From: Acanthaster planci
Taxonomy: Eukaryota
Direction: 5' to 3'
Length of the DNA stretch: 64,000 nt
Assembly (NCBI RefSeq): GCF_001949145.1
Contig: NW_019091360.1
Span: 3,408,864-3,472,863 of the forward strand
A program made the position numbers and the translations under genes. Below the pieces are notes generated by a model. It saw only the letters and a program-made list of their open reading frames with translations, ran no database searches and had not been told where the DNA came from. How positions within the stretch are numbered: the stretch's first letter is position 1; every line of letters starts with the position of its first letter. This document shows, piece after piece, positions 13,501 to 26,354 of this stretch.

Positions 13501-16500
13501 AGCATATAAATGTATTGCAACTTTCTCTAACCTGAAGTGTTTGCATTGCTCATATCTATCTGCTGAGCAGATGACACCTCCCAAAAAAAAAAATTCATAT
13601 TCCACTTGTGTGAAATCAGCCCTCTTGTGCCATTTGTCCAGGGACAAGAACTTCTAATGCAGGTACGGATTTGGTTTCATAATCTCGCCAGTCCAACAAG
13701 CCGGGCGTAGGGCCCGGGCCCAGCCCAGTCTGAGCCGTGATTTTGGATACTGCCGCGGCAAAATCTACAGCGCTCTGTGTCGCAAACAGATTTGGCCCCC
13801 GGCCACGGGGGCCAGATTCTGTTGCGTTTCCGTCTAAGACGACGTTTATTACTAAATGATGACTGCCTCTGGCCATTGTGCTTTTGTGGCTAAAGTTACG
13901 GAGTACATTTTCAAATATTATCAGCACTGGGATGAGAATATTCCAAGCAGGTTTGGCAGGCTTCTATTTCTCTTTTCATTTAGCTTTTTTTTCCTGACTG
14001 AATATTTACACCTTGCAAGGAAAGATAGTTGGAAGTGCCAGATTTACTACATAATTATGAAAATAATCTTCAAAGGTGATAAGAACGTCTAGAACCAAAT
14101 AAATCAAAATCTATGCTGTCTGGAATTCAAAATGTTGCAAAAATATAAATTGCATGTACATGTACATGAAGAAAAAAAAAAGGAAATCTGATGAATTTTC
14201 ATGAAAATCTGGTAAGAAAACAAAACGCATCCCTGCAAACTGTTTACATCTGCCATTCCAAATGAAAAGAAAACACCGGTCTAGGCATGAAGAAAAATAC
14301 CCCAGTGATACGAAAACTCAAAAACCGGGAAGAAATCTGCAACCATACCCACAAAAAGTCCTTAAGCAGTAGCTCTAAATAAAAAAAAGAGCAATGCAGA
14401 AGGCGTATATGAAGTTAAACCGAGGTAACGGCCACCTGATACAGTTACCTGAAAGACAATCCAGACAGTTGCAGCGATGCGCAGACAAGGCGGGTGGACC
14501 GACCGGGGGGGGGGGGAGGCTGCGCTGACAACATTTCAAAATTGCACCTTGCAGTGATCGTGCCGTGTTGCTACACAAAAACGGTCAAGTACCCATTTCG
14601 CTGAGACACGTTTTCACATGGGGGGGAGAGTAGGGAGCAGACGACTGTGGCTATACATAATGAGGGACCATACCAAACACATGATAGGGAAAGAGCTCCT
14701 GGGTGAATCTGGCGCAGTGTACTACAGTGAATTGCCCAGGGTGTGGAGACAGTGATTCTCAAACTAGTCTTTGAGCTCAATTGATTTTGATAGACGAGAC
14801 AAGGCTACATCTACTAACGTTCATGATTTTTTTCCGTCCTCCTTTTATTCTTTTTACTGCTTTGCCATCTTTCGCACATTAAGTTGTGAGCAGCAGTGTG
14901 TCTGTGGCATAACTCCTATGCGTAGAATTGGTGCTCAACTCTTCGGGTGATAACGTGAGGTTTTACAAACACTTTGTCCAATGCATCAGATGCTTCAGGA
15001 AAAGACTTAAACCACGCTCTGTGTTGTCTCAGATATTACATGTATGGTTTTTGTACGCCTAGATATTAATCCTACATACATGTATGAAAGTACTGCACTC
15101 CATGGACATGTGGTAAGCTTGGTAGCTAGTATTGACTGTGAATGAGTCCCGCAAAATGAGTCTTAAGGCCATTCGGTAAGTTTGAATTTGTATTAGAAAG
15201 AGGAAACTGAGCTCTCTGTTTTGATGAAGCACTTAGTTGGAAACCCTGATGAAAATGGTCATGATATATACAGGTACATGTACATGCACATGTCCTGTAT
15301 GTACATGTAGGAGAAAAGTGTTGCTGATTCCTATTGATTCTGCTGGGGCAGATTCTTTGGCAGGCCTTTTATTCAAAAGTATCTCCGGGGGGCTTGCGAT
15401 TCACTATCCCGGGTTTGGTTTCACACACGCACACACTTGAAAAAAGATTGACTCAGAATTGTGCGTGTCTGAGTCCACTAATCAAGCTTAGCTTTTTGGG
15501 GTCGATGCTTGGGGGTGCAAGCAATTGTCATTTGTACACACAAAGCTCAAAAGACTCATATAAACTTCCACAACCAATTTCCTGACAGCTGCACAAATCT
15601 TGGAAAGACCTTCCACCAATCATTGGTGTTAGGGAAAAAAAGAGAAGAGAAAAGAAACAGGCGAACAATGGCATTCACATCCTGTCCGTCGCGTGAGTAG
15701 TCCACTTTTGCCTAAGACCAATCGCTCATCACCCGAACACACCCTCCACGTACGGGCTTTGTCCTGCACTTGGCTCAAGAGAGATTTGCCGTCTTTTCTT
15801 GTCCATCATCCCTCCCCTATTGTTCACTGCGACACACGCTTCCTTAATCACACAAAACGTGATCCGTGATTCCTCATTCCTTGTGATTCCCCTCTCCTGA
15901 AAGAGTCCGCGACCAGACCGACCGACTGACGATGAGAAGAGGAAAAAAAAGGATCCCGTCATCTACACCCAAATGCCGTTGTTAATCATACATGCACATG
16001 TGCTTGGTCCAACCACCTGCCTGGACTTGTAATCTTCCCCTCTCCATTAGCTCTGAGTAGCTTCCTCCAAAAAAAGAAAAGGGGGGGGGGGAAAACCAGC
16101 CCCGTGATTCATTCAGTAAACCATCCAGTTTTATGAGTACGGCATACATTTAGCGTATTACTCGCCTGGCCCCATTCGTGTACACATGCATAGGGGGCAC
16201 TTAGAGAACTTGCCCCGTCCTGCGCATTTCACTCAAGAGTTTCGCAGCAGAGAGGCCCAATATGATTTCAGTATCGAGTTTCCGCGCACCGGCACTTAAG
16301 CTATTGTTTCGCAATTTGAGGTCGGCTGGTCTACAGCATAGACTTTCTCGTCAAGATATTTCCTGAACGATTGAACATGTGCACTTGAAAAGGGCGGTCT
16401 TGGAAATGCATTTTTCATTGGATGACTTACATGTACATGTACAACGTTCTGTTTGTTTACTGGAGACTAAAATGAGAAAATGAAAATGCTGTCAATAGAA

Positions 16501-19500
16501 ATCTCCAAAGAGAAAAAAATGTTGTGTATGAGAACTAATTCTCAGAAGGCCCGTGGTAAAATGGGAATAAAGCTTGTTAGACTGCAAATAGTTAAAACAA
16601 GGTTTAAGATGGTAAGTCAGAAAAAAATTTAATTTAGGCAAAATGAAAATTAAACTACAAAATATCCAAATTCCAGCAGATGTTTGTGCACAAATCAATA
16701 CCAGATTAAGGTTTTCTCCCAAGAATGACATCATACATGTACGTGTAGTTTTGCTCGTCAATATGGCAGTTCTCTGTTACACAACCAAAGAAACATTCAA
16801 ATACCTTTTTAAATGGCAAAAACAAAAAATGAAAAATAAGGTTAACTGAGGCATAATGGTGCATCTTCAAGGGCTCTAATACAATCCCACCATTGCATGG
16901 ACCCGTCAAGGTACATGTACATGTACACAAACAGCCACCTGCTAGTCTGTACGTCTGTAAGAGGGGCACGGCTCTTTTCAGCCATTGAGAAAAAGGGAAT
17001 GCACATGTACTGTGCTGTTGACGACATGGTTGTTTGCCAGGGTACCGTAGCGTGCAAAGTTTGTATGGCTCCGGATCAGAAAACTTCTACCTTAACGCTC
17101 TTACCCTGTTGCTCATTTTGGCTGCAAAGCACGTCACCAAACACCTGAGGGAGTATCAGATTTAGGGATAAGCAGAAATTAATGTTTAACTTGCGAAATG
17201 GAAAAAAAAAAAAACAAAAACGGAAGCATCAGATGAAAGATAAATATTGACCTGATGAGCTTTCCAAAAGTTAGAATGAGACAACTGCTGATATCAGAAG
17301 TAATGTGTACACTTGTTGAGAGCAGATTTCCCTTAACCTTTATTTCCTGGCAAAATTCCGACTAGGGGCTCTCGAGTTTTTGGGGGCGGGCATTATGCAT
17401 GTACGACAGACAGAGTCATTGGTATGAGCGGGAGCCAGTGCGTTGGCGCTTGGGTTAGTCATCAGGGCCCTCATCACTCACTGGAAACTTAATCCAGGAA
17501 ACATCATCCGCGGGCATTAACATCCTCCAAGATTGGGCCAAATCGCTCAACACTACCCAGAAATCCACCCAATCTCCTCATCTTCAATCTAATAAAGCGC
17601 ACTCACAGTAGTTCTTCGCTCGTTTTTTTTTTTAAATCCTTCCTCCGCATCTGGTCTGCAGTTTGCTTTTCCCCCTTCCTTTTTTCCTTTGAACCTCGGT
17701 CCTAGTTTGGGTTTCTCCAAAGCAAACTCAGCAGCTTGGATTGACGTACCTCTTAACAAAAGCTCCACTCTTCCCCTCCGTGCCGCTTGAGCAAACAGGT
17801 TGCCAAACACTGTTAGTATTACACGCTGTCCACCCCTGGAAGAAAGTTTGCACAAGCTACCGGGGGTTTTTCCTCTTGCTTCTAAAAACAGAACCGTGCC
17901 CCTCATTGGAAAAAAAAAAGCCAGCACCGACACGCAAGGCAATGAGAGATTGTATCGGCCAGCCATGTGCATGAGGAGACTACGGGATTTCTGATTTGTC
18001 TCTGGTTGTGTGGTTTTTCACAGGCTTCTGCTCTGGAACTCAATTAATTGATAATGACATTATTTGGACAGGTGCTTTCCTTTCACTACGTGCAACACCA
18101 GGGCTCTCCAAATTCAAGTTTAATCACTTCCCCTTACGGAACGATGAAGGGGGGAAAGTGAACAGCATGATATCAACACAAGCAGTTGGCAAATATTTAC
18201 TTGAAAGACCTCGTTGTAAAAAAAAAATCCAAAGAACCTCATCAAATGCATTTGAAAATAGGCACTTTCATAATTATGAGCTTCATTCACCAGCTCACAG
18301 GTATTACATGTACATGTAGGTCAAGTGTTGCTGGCCAAAACAAAGCACAACCCCCATAACTGACAAGTACCGCTACAATGCACTTCATACTACCTGTATA
18401 TGTACATGTAGCTTCCACTGAAAAATTAACCTTTGCAGAAAACATGTTCTCAAGTGTTCATAATACATACGTGGACTGTACACCGCAATGTGCTGAAGAA
18501 CACAACACCGACATTTCAAAAACTTACTGCATCTACATATGTTATGTGCACATACCGTTGTAAATTCTTTTCACTGAACACTCCACAACATAAATGTATG
18601 ATGACAATGCAGAAAGCAACAAATCCGTCAGAATCAACAGATACTGATCCCTGTGTCTTCTTTTTCCTTTCTGCATGAAAGGACCAAATAAGTGAAATGG
18701 TGACAGAGGATGAAGTCGGCTGTTTCATTTTTCTCGACTGAGAAGTCAATACTGCCCTTTTCTCGCTGGGCGCTAAAATCCCAGAAAATATTAAATCCCA
18801 ACACAGCTGTCAGCACGGGCAAGGCCAGATGGATTACAGGACTGGACCTGTAACAATACAGAGTTCCCCCCCCCTTTTTTTTCCTATTGTGGAGGAGACT
18901 CTGTGATGCCATGCGGCTGCCTGACAACACCTGACAATACCCTCCCCATCTGCTGGGGACTCCTGTTTATCCACAAATCTGACTATTGGCTGCTAAAAGA
19001 TCCACTTGCGATGACAGCAGAGGGTGGGGGGGGAGAAAGGGATGGTGGGTGTTTGATCTCTGAGGCCTAGCGAAGATCATCGTCACCTCCCGGGAGAGGA
19101 AATGGGTTTAATTTGGGGAACAAAGAGGGCAGGGGAGATGGGTTAATGGGGGAGACAAAGGAATGGGGAAGGGGAAAGAGATGAGAGACAGACTGTGATA
19201 AAAGAGGATCGGGGGGGGGAGCTGGTACAGGGAGACAAAGGATTAGGTGATTAACATGTAAGGAAGATGACGACTGAAGGTGACAGATGGGAAAGGAGGG
19301 AAAGATGACTGATGTAATCGTAGTTGTCAATTCATTTATGAGAGTCAGTATTTAATTTTTGGAGAAATGGTTTGGGCCAAGGTACATTCTTTGTGTACCG
19401 ACCACATACAGCACAGTGCCGGTACATAAATTTTGTTTGGATAGGAGCATCGATAGCATGCATTTACAAATCATATGGGGAACGCGTACCCAATTAACTA

Positions 19501-21647
19501 TGGGTAATACCCCCCGTAAAAGAGCCTAACCCCTAACAGTCAAATAAAAAGTTAAATGTAAAAATGGTTTCAAATTGCCACAACCAAAATGCTTACCAAC
19601 AGCCGGTGGTCACAGTCTTAAGAGTTAAGACTTTACGGGTTAGTTAAGACTTTATGGGTTATTACTGGTGCTGGGTCCAACAAGTCAGAAAAAGTTCCTG
19701 ACATCAACCATCGGGTACTCTAGCATCTAGTTCCACTAAACTGCCCTACTGGAAAGTGTCCTCAGCCGGTCAGTCTCTGTGCAGTTTTGTTCTGTGTCGT
19801 GTCGATATACGGGACACTAGACCCAAAGTTGAGTTTACATGTATGTGGCTGGGCTGTAGGGATCTGAGTGCATCAATAACACTGTTGCACTTTGATGATG
19901 GGGTAAAACATTAGTACACGTGTGAAGTTGATGGGATAGTCTCAAGCAAAGCTTCCCCCATCCCGACGAGCATAATTTGCATACTTGACCAAGTTCGGCA
20001 TCCCCCCTACCACAACAGTAGTCACCATTAACCTAAATGTACTTCCTTCAGCCTGCATGGTATCTCCTGATGCTTGAATTTCACCGATGACGATTATTAG
20101 CAACCCCTGAACTAGTTCATGACGGGTGCGCGGGGTTTTCCTGAAGCTATCACGTTCGCGGCGCGGCGCAAACACGACAGTTACCACACCGCACCTCCCA
20201 GCCCGGGGACCACTCAACCAATTCGCACATCAATGCTAACCAGTTTTTCCCCCCACACCCAATAAAAGAAGGTTGAGTTACTAATGAAAATTTCCTGCCA
20301 GATTTGTGGCCCCAGATCGATGAGCCAGCAAAGGCGTGCTCTCTAGTGCAGACAGTCCTGAATTGCGATCTAAACTGTGACAGGTAATCAATACGAACGT
20401 GAAACCTGCAAGAATCGCACTTACTTGTACACTGTTAAAATTCTGAACCACATTATTACTGTTTTTTTTTTTTTTTTCTAAAGTTAAATAAATATCCGGG
20501 TGGGAACTACAACCGTCTTGCAGCTTGTAGCTTGTAAATTTATAACCTTCTGCTCCCTGCAGGTGATTTCTTGATGGATATTGTAATAAGCAACAGAGTG
20601 CATAATTTTTCCATAAACTGGACATCACCTGTTCCTAAAGCGAATCTCAGAAATGGAGGAAGGGGATTTATTCACAATAAATCTAAGAAGTCAATGTGTC
20701 GGGTGGATTGCTTAGGAAAAGAGGTACCGGGAAAGTTGATTTTGAAAAGGAACTGCATATCTTCTAACAGAACAGAGTCATTCACGATATGAATCAACAA
20801 ATTGTGTATTTTACAATGCACTGTAGTTACTGTTTGTGAACACAACAAAAACTAGCATTTGCTGATTAAAACAATAAATAAATAAAGTAAATTGAAATTT
20901 CAGGCAGTAGGTCCGATCTGGGTTTAATGAAGGTGACCCTATATTTTCAATAGCCGCCCCTGGGTATAATTCACTCTTTGAACCCTCCCAGGGGAAGGGG
21001 ACAGACCCCTAATCACATCCCAGGGGGCATATCTATCTTCCTCTGCTGATGGTTTAGTCATCTTTGTTGGAGAACAAGCTAATCTGGATGGAGAAGGATG
21101 GGAGTTATAGCAACTAATGACCCCACACAATGATGTGTCATAATAGTTATTGAATTATATCGGCTCTGGCAATCACAAAGGGCATTCCCAATGGGAGAAG
21201 TGGGGAGGGCTTTGTCAGGGAGGTGTGTTCGGCACTGACATAGTTAGATAAGGAAAACCAGTGACATACAGTAGTTAGATAAGGCCAGAATGACTGAGAC
21301 CAAACTCTACATATTGTATGCATTGAACCAACCAGACTTGATCCTGAAACCCTTCGTGTGTGGTACATCTTTGTAAACCCAACTCGATCATGCTTCAATA
21401 GAGGTTACACGCTGCTGGCATCTCCATGGTGTCTAGGAGGCCGGTCTTGCTATTTTAATTTAGTTACACAACGAATGCACTAAAGGTTTCCTCAAGCCTA
21501 TGTAAGTGATACAAAACTCTTGCCTTCTAACACGTTAGTGCATGGCCTCGATTTGATTTCTTTGGCATTCATGGAGTCCAGTCAATATTAATGACACCTA
21601 GTATCATGGGGGGATTTCAACGATTCAATTTTGAGACACAACGATTA

Positions 21648-21840
21648 TATGGCAATAGTGCTAGTGAGCTGCACTGCTAAGCAAAAGGTCGTGGGTTCAA
21701 GTTCCACCCGAGTAAGCTGCTGAATTTTTTCACAAGCTCCCAGACAAGCACTGAGTATACAGTCTCTATAAACATACGTCGGGTAATGGCAAAAACCCAT
21801 CATTACAATAAACATCTCCCCGACACAAAGTACATCTTGA
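21648..21840 (+). mobile_element. tRNA-derived SINE relic
   Basis: A-box-like TGGCAATAGTGC (21650-21661) and T-arm/B-box AAAGGTCGTGGGTTCAAGTTCCACCCG (B box 21694-21705), followed by a non-tRNA body. Not a foldable tRNA gene. Confidence 0.65.
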
Positions 21841-22977
21841 AAGTACATGGTATTGGTTTTATACTGCAAAGACTCAGTTCTCACACTGACCGTAAAATGT
21901 CCTCACAGACAAATCTAGCCTCAGAGTATTTATCAGATAGCATTCTGACTTTCAAAAAGATACATCCTTCTGAAAAAGAGCACAACAGATACGGTAAACT
22001 CTTGATAACTCAAACTCAGCTAACTCAAACTCAGCTTTTCACTCTTCATTCCTGCCCAAAAAAATAGGTTTTCATGTACAAAACTACGGTACCACTGTAC
22101 TGTATCTCAAAAATGTCCATGCCAATGCACCTGCTTAACTTGAAGTTTTTTATGGACTGATTCAAAAAGACCGCCGCCAAATTACTGACAATGAGTGGAA
22201 AGAGAACGGGGAGACTTTAATTACGAGTCACTTCTGCTAACTGCATGAGGACATGAGCATGCTTGCTGCCAGTGCCGCTGTAATCGACTCGTTGTGACCA
22301 CCACCTCAACAAATCCTTGCTCTCAAGCAGGCCAGACTGCCACAACGGTCCAAATGTACACTGCATGCACATGGTCCAATCGTTGATTCTTTATGGTGGT
22401 TACGTGACTGCACTGGAGTAAGCTTCGTGCATGCCGCGGCTAAAACCTGGCTGCCACCGCCTGCCCAACTGCAGCACTCACGCGCCACTCACATGACATG
22501 CGCAATGCTGGAAATGCTGTTTTGCGTCCCCAAATTTCACTCAAATTTTTTTAACAAGGAAAGGTAAAGGAATGAAACGACAAACAAATATTTTTTAATT
22601 CATTTTTTTACACTGTAACATATTGAAATGCAAAATGGTGCATCGCCAAGCGATTAAAAAGGAAGGATCATGTGGCCAAACAGGAAAACCCCGGGCCGAC
22701 CCCGGCCCAGCATAGGGCTGTGCGCTTCACGTCACGGTGCATGCCGAACAGAAGAAATGCCACAAAAGAAGTACACAGCTTTGGTGGTTGGGTGGTTTCA
22801 TCAGTAGAATAGAAACATTGAAGTAAGAAAAACATGAAATCTCAGCAAAGAAATGATATCAGAAACAAAATTTATTCTTGAATATGAGGAAATAACCACT
22901 TATAACGTCTCCAGTAGCCACCGCGGGGGCAAGTAGGGTTACTTGGGCACTGTGCGTGTATGTGTGGGCAAGACTGG

Positions 22978-23046
22978 GAACTTTTGTTACCTCAAAATCT
23001 AGATTTTATCCATTCCCCCGAGGTTTGAGTTATTGAGAGTTTACTG
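22978..23046. mobile_element. Single terminus of a pogo/Tigger-like MITE
   Basis: Ends GAGTTATTGAGAGTTTACTG|TA (reverse complement TA|CAGTAAACTCTCAATAACTC). The partner TIR was not found. Confidence 0.35.
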
Positions 23047-24518
23047 TACATGTACACTATGTACATCTAACTGGTAATCATGCATGTACTGGTAACACAG
23101 ATAAACAAAGACTTACTGTACATCTTTGATGTTAAATATGATATCATAATGACTATTTTTTTCCAAGAAGGAACGGAATGCTCCAAGGTTATTTTTGAAT
23201 GTGTATTTCACTTTGTCTTTAAACTCGCTCAGAACTCGGACACTTTATAGATAACAGATTGGGAGAAAGACATGAGCTAACTTCTCTCCTCAATCAAAAA
23301 TTGACATCAGAAGGACACCGTGTTATGCAAACTATGTTGCAAACAGAAAAAAAAATGAGTGCAGAGGAACTGACAGTTAGTTATATCCTGAAGTGATGAC
23401 AGATGGGCGGTTCTGTTTTTTTCAGCACATCACCGAGCTTTTATTTGTCACTGCAAATTCTGGCACGGCCCTGACTCAGTGTCATTGTGATCACAGGATG
23501 AAGAATTTAACGAATATTTAAGGAATCCCATGAGAATAACAAAGCTTATCCATCTGCTGAATTTCTCAAGCAGAAAACTGTGGATTCATACAAAAGTGTG
23601 TCTTAGAAATCTTCACGGCCCGAACCTTTTTTTTTTTTGGTTAACGTGTACGGACACCAGACTCATAGAAAAAGGACAGAGCCACAGGCTGTGAGTATAC
23701 AGGCATACAGGTACAGTATAAAAGCACCTGACCAACCAAGCACTCCCTTTGTCATTCAAGTGCACGGACGGTCAACACATCCAGCTGAATTATTGTGATT
23801 TATTCACTGACCGCGGCACAGGTTAATGTCTGCATTTTACAAGTGAGATTCACTGAATTAAAATTTCCAATTAAAGCATATCAGGACAAAGAAAGCCTGT
23901 TTCCCACTGTCCTTCTCTGTTCAGATATTGCAAGGCAAAATGTAGGCAACAGCTTTTTGCAAAATTGTAAACAATTTTGTAGAAATGGAATACATAAAGA
24001 CAAACCAACAATTTTACTGAATCACACAAATCTTTCCCATTTGCAGTTGTAGGTTTATGTAGGAAAATGGCTTTTATTAAGTAATTGCTTCTTTTTTGGG
24101 TGCTAAATTTTTTGCAAAGCAGCAGTTGACAAAATGCAGAATATTTCTCCTTTCATGCTGTATTTATGCATAACCAAACGATGAGGAACACTATGAGCAG
24201 ACTGGTAGTGAAGTCTAACTTGGGCCTTGTACAGAAACAAACTTTTCACAGATAGCCCAGCTTTTTGCCATATTTACGAAATGACTGAGTTCTGATGGTA
24301 TTTTGTGGCATCGATCAGCTTCATCGAGGCCTGTCTGACAAAAAAATGGAACACGAAGGCCACTAGGTATTACACACAGGGCAGTTGTACATGTCCACGC
24401 ATGTACATGTACAATGTACCAGCACATATGTAAACTGTGCAGTAATTGGAACGAATTACATGGAAAAGATTATCATTTGTTTGATGGTACTGTTATAAAT
24501 GTAGGTCAATTATAAATT

Positions 24519-25803
24519 CAGGAGTCTAAATGAACTTCAATCTCTTGGTGGCCCGCAGGGCCAGTGGGAAGTGAAATGCACTGGCCCTCTTGAAAATCTG
24601 GTGGCTAGGGTCGAGTACATGTAATGAAATTGATAAGGCCCACCACACATGCCCATTTGTGTCAGTCAAACTTCTCTACCGAACAGCTGATTGGCTGGAT
24701 TTAAATGAGATTTAAATTTTTATGACACCAAAAAAAAATCTGCTTCTGGTTATGCGACTGATCCTGAATTTTTGGCCCAACCATAAAATTTATAGCGGTA
24801 AGTTCGAACACATTTAGAAATTAAAAATAAAAGGATAAAAAATCCTGTCTTTCCTGTCTTCACAAAACACCTTTGAAACAATCTTTTCTGATCTAAACAC
24901 TTTTATTTTTTGTTTGCCTGTTTACATTTGCAACATTTGGGAAGAACGTTCTGTTATTTTCACGAATTCCCTTCGCATTTCGCTATCGCAGTGGTGAAAA
25001 CACGCACACAATACTGCTTGATGCATATTGGCAGAAGCAAGGCTTCACTGGTTCCTGCTGCGCCACGCCACTGCCAAAAGGCGTGATGGTAACGCAGCAA
25101 CCAGTAATATTGCTTGATGCATAGAAGCAAGGCTTCACTGGTTCCTGATGCGTCGCGCCACTGCCAAAAGGTGTGACAGTAACACAGCAACTACTCCATG
25201 CAACCAGTCCCAGTCAAAACAGCATTGGACAATTCACCGTACGCACATGCAACTCTACAGCTGCACATTGAAAAAAAATGGTGTCGCTGGAAGATTTTTA
25301 CAAGTTAATTTCCAGAACTTGATTTGTTGCCTATAATATATTTTTTGTGTTCACAAATTAAATTTAATTCAAGGCCAATGCGGACTGAACCTGAAAAAGT
25401 TTCATTGGTGTCCATCGGAGATAACGTTAAACTGGCATTGGTAGAAAATGATATCAGCCAACATATCAGTACTCAGGTTGTTCGCACATGTATGAGCTGT
25501 ATGCACGACTGCGCAATGAACAGAATGTCGCGCCATGCACTACGTGTGTATGTGGCACAAGAGCCCGGTGCATTATAGCAGCAATCACGGCCGCGTGGAC
25601 TGTGGAATGACCGAAATACCATGAACTGCTGTGCCAGTGGATTGAAACACGAGTCGTAAAACGTGATGAAAGTTTTCAAAATGTGGCAACGTTCCTCAAA
25701 TGACCAATGTCCCGCCGGGCCATCGGGGGAGGGGGGGAATGCAGTGGCCCGATGAATGTTTCGCTGGCCCTGAGCCAGCAAACCACCATTAATTTTGACC
25801 CTG
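24519..25803. mobile_element. Non-autonomous hAT-like element (~1.3 kb) with 6-bp TSD TAAATT
   Basis: Termini CAGGAGTCTAAATGAAC and ATTAATTTTGACCCTG (reverse complement CAGGGTCAAAATTAAT). Clustered TGGCCC/GGGCCA subterminal motifs at both ends. TAAATT directly flanks both sides (24513-24518 and 25804-25809). Confidence 0.65.
25010..25191 (+). repeat. Tandem duplication, 2 copies of ~90-96 bp
   Basis: aata(c/t)tgcttgatgcata...agaagcaaggcttcactggttcctg(c/a)tgcg...gccactgccaaaagg(c/t)gtga..gtaac(g/a)cagcaac, starting at 25010 and again at 25106. Confidence 0.9.
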
Positions 25804-26302
25804 TAAATTTGAAAGCTCATAAAACCTAGACGACCGGCAAAAAAACCAAAAAAACCAAGAGGATTGTTTTATAATTCGGTTCCAAGCAGAGGCTGCCACT
25901 GCTGCCAAATGGTAAGCATTCACTTTTTTGGGCTATGCGCCTCAAACTGGCATTTTCAATACGGACACATGTATCGCTCACTTCACTCATTCCAAGGGCA
26001 AGATTTCTTTTCATCTATTTTCCGTTTTTAAAGTATTTATTTCGAGATTTCGTCACCTGTATTTGCGACGATCCAGAGAAGCATGATTTTATGAACAGAC
26101 ATGGCTGGTGAATGCACACAATGGCTACTTAGTGTGGCAGCACCCTCAGCAAACTGTAAAAGAAAGTGTCACAGGCTGAGAAAAAGTATTCAACACCTAA
26201 TCAAAACGCAGGAATTACAATGCGCATGATCAACAGCATTACCATATACAAGGCATATGAACATATTTCAACTTGGGCAAAGTTTTGCTACAAATCTTTC
26301 GA

Positions 26303-26354
26303 GACGTCAAATTCGCTTCGTTTTCGCATTCGCCTGAAGCATGAACCCACTTTT
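26303..26354. mobile_element. Possible terminus of a PIF/Harbinger-like MITE
   Basis: Reverse complement reads AAAGTGGGTTCATGCTTCAGGCGAATGCGAAAACGAAGCGAATTT, with reiterated GCGAA units. CpG-rich. Partner end not found. Confidence 0.3.

Noticed and set aside
21648..21712. tRNA gene (also 5927-5985)
   Set aside because: A and B boxes are present, but acceptor and anticodon stems do not pair, so these were called SINE relics.
26057..26153. Exon-like segment on the minus strand (good acceptor, CAG|GTGACG donor)
   Set aside because: Gives an immediate stop when joined in phase 1 to the 34373 donor, and the other open frame has no recognisable homology.
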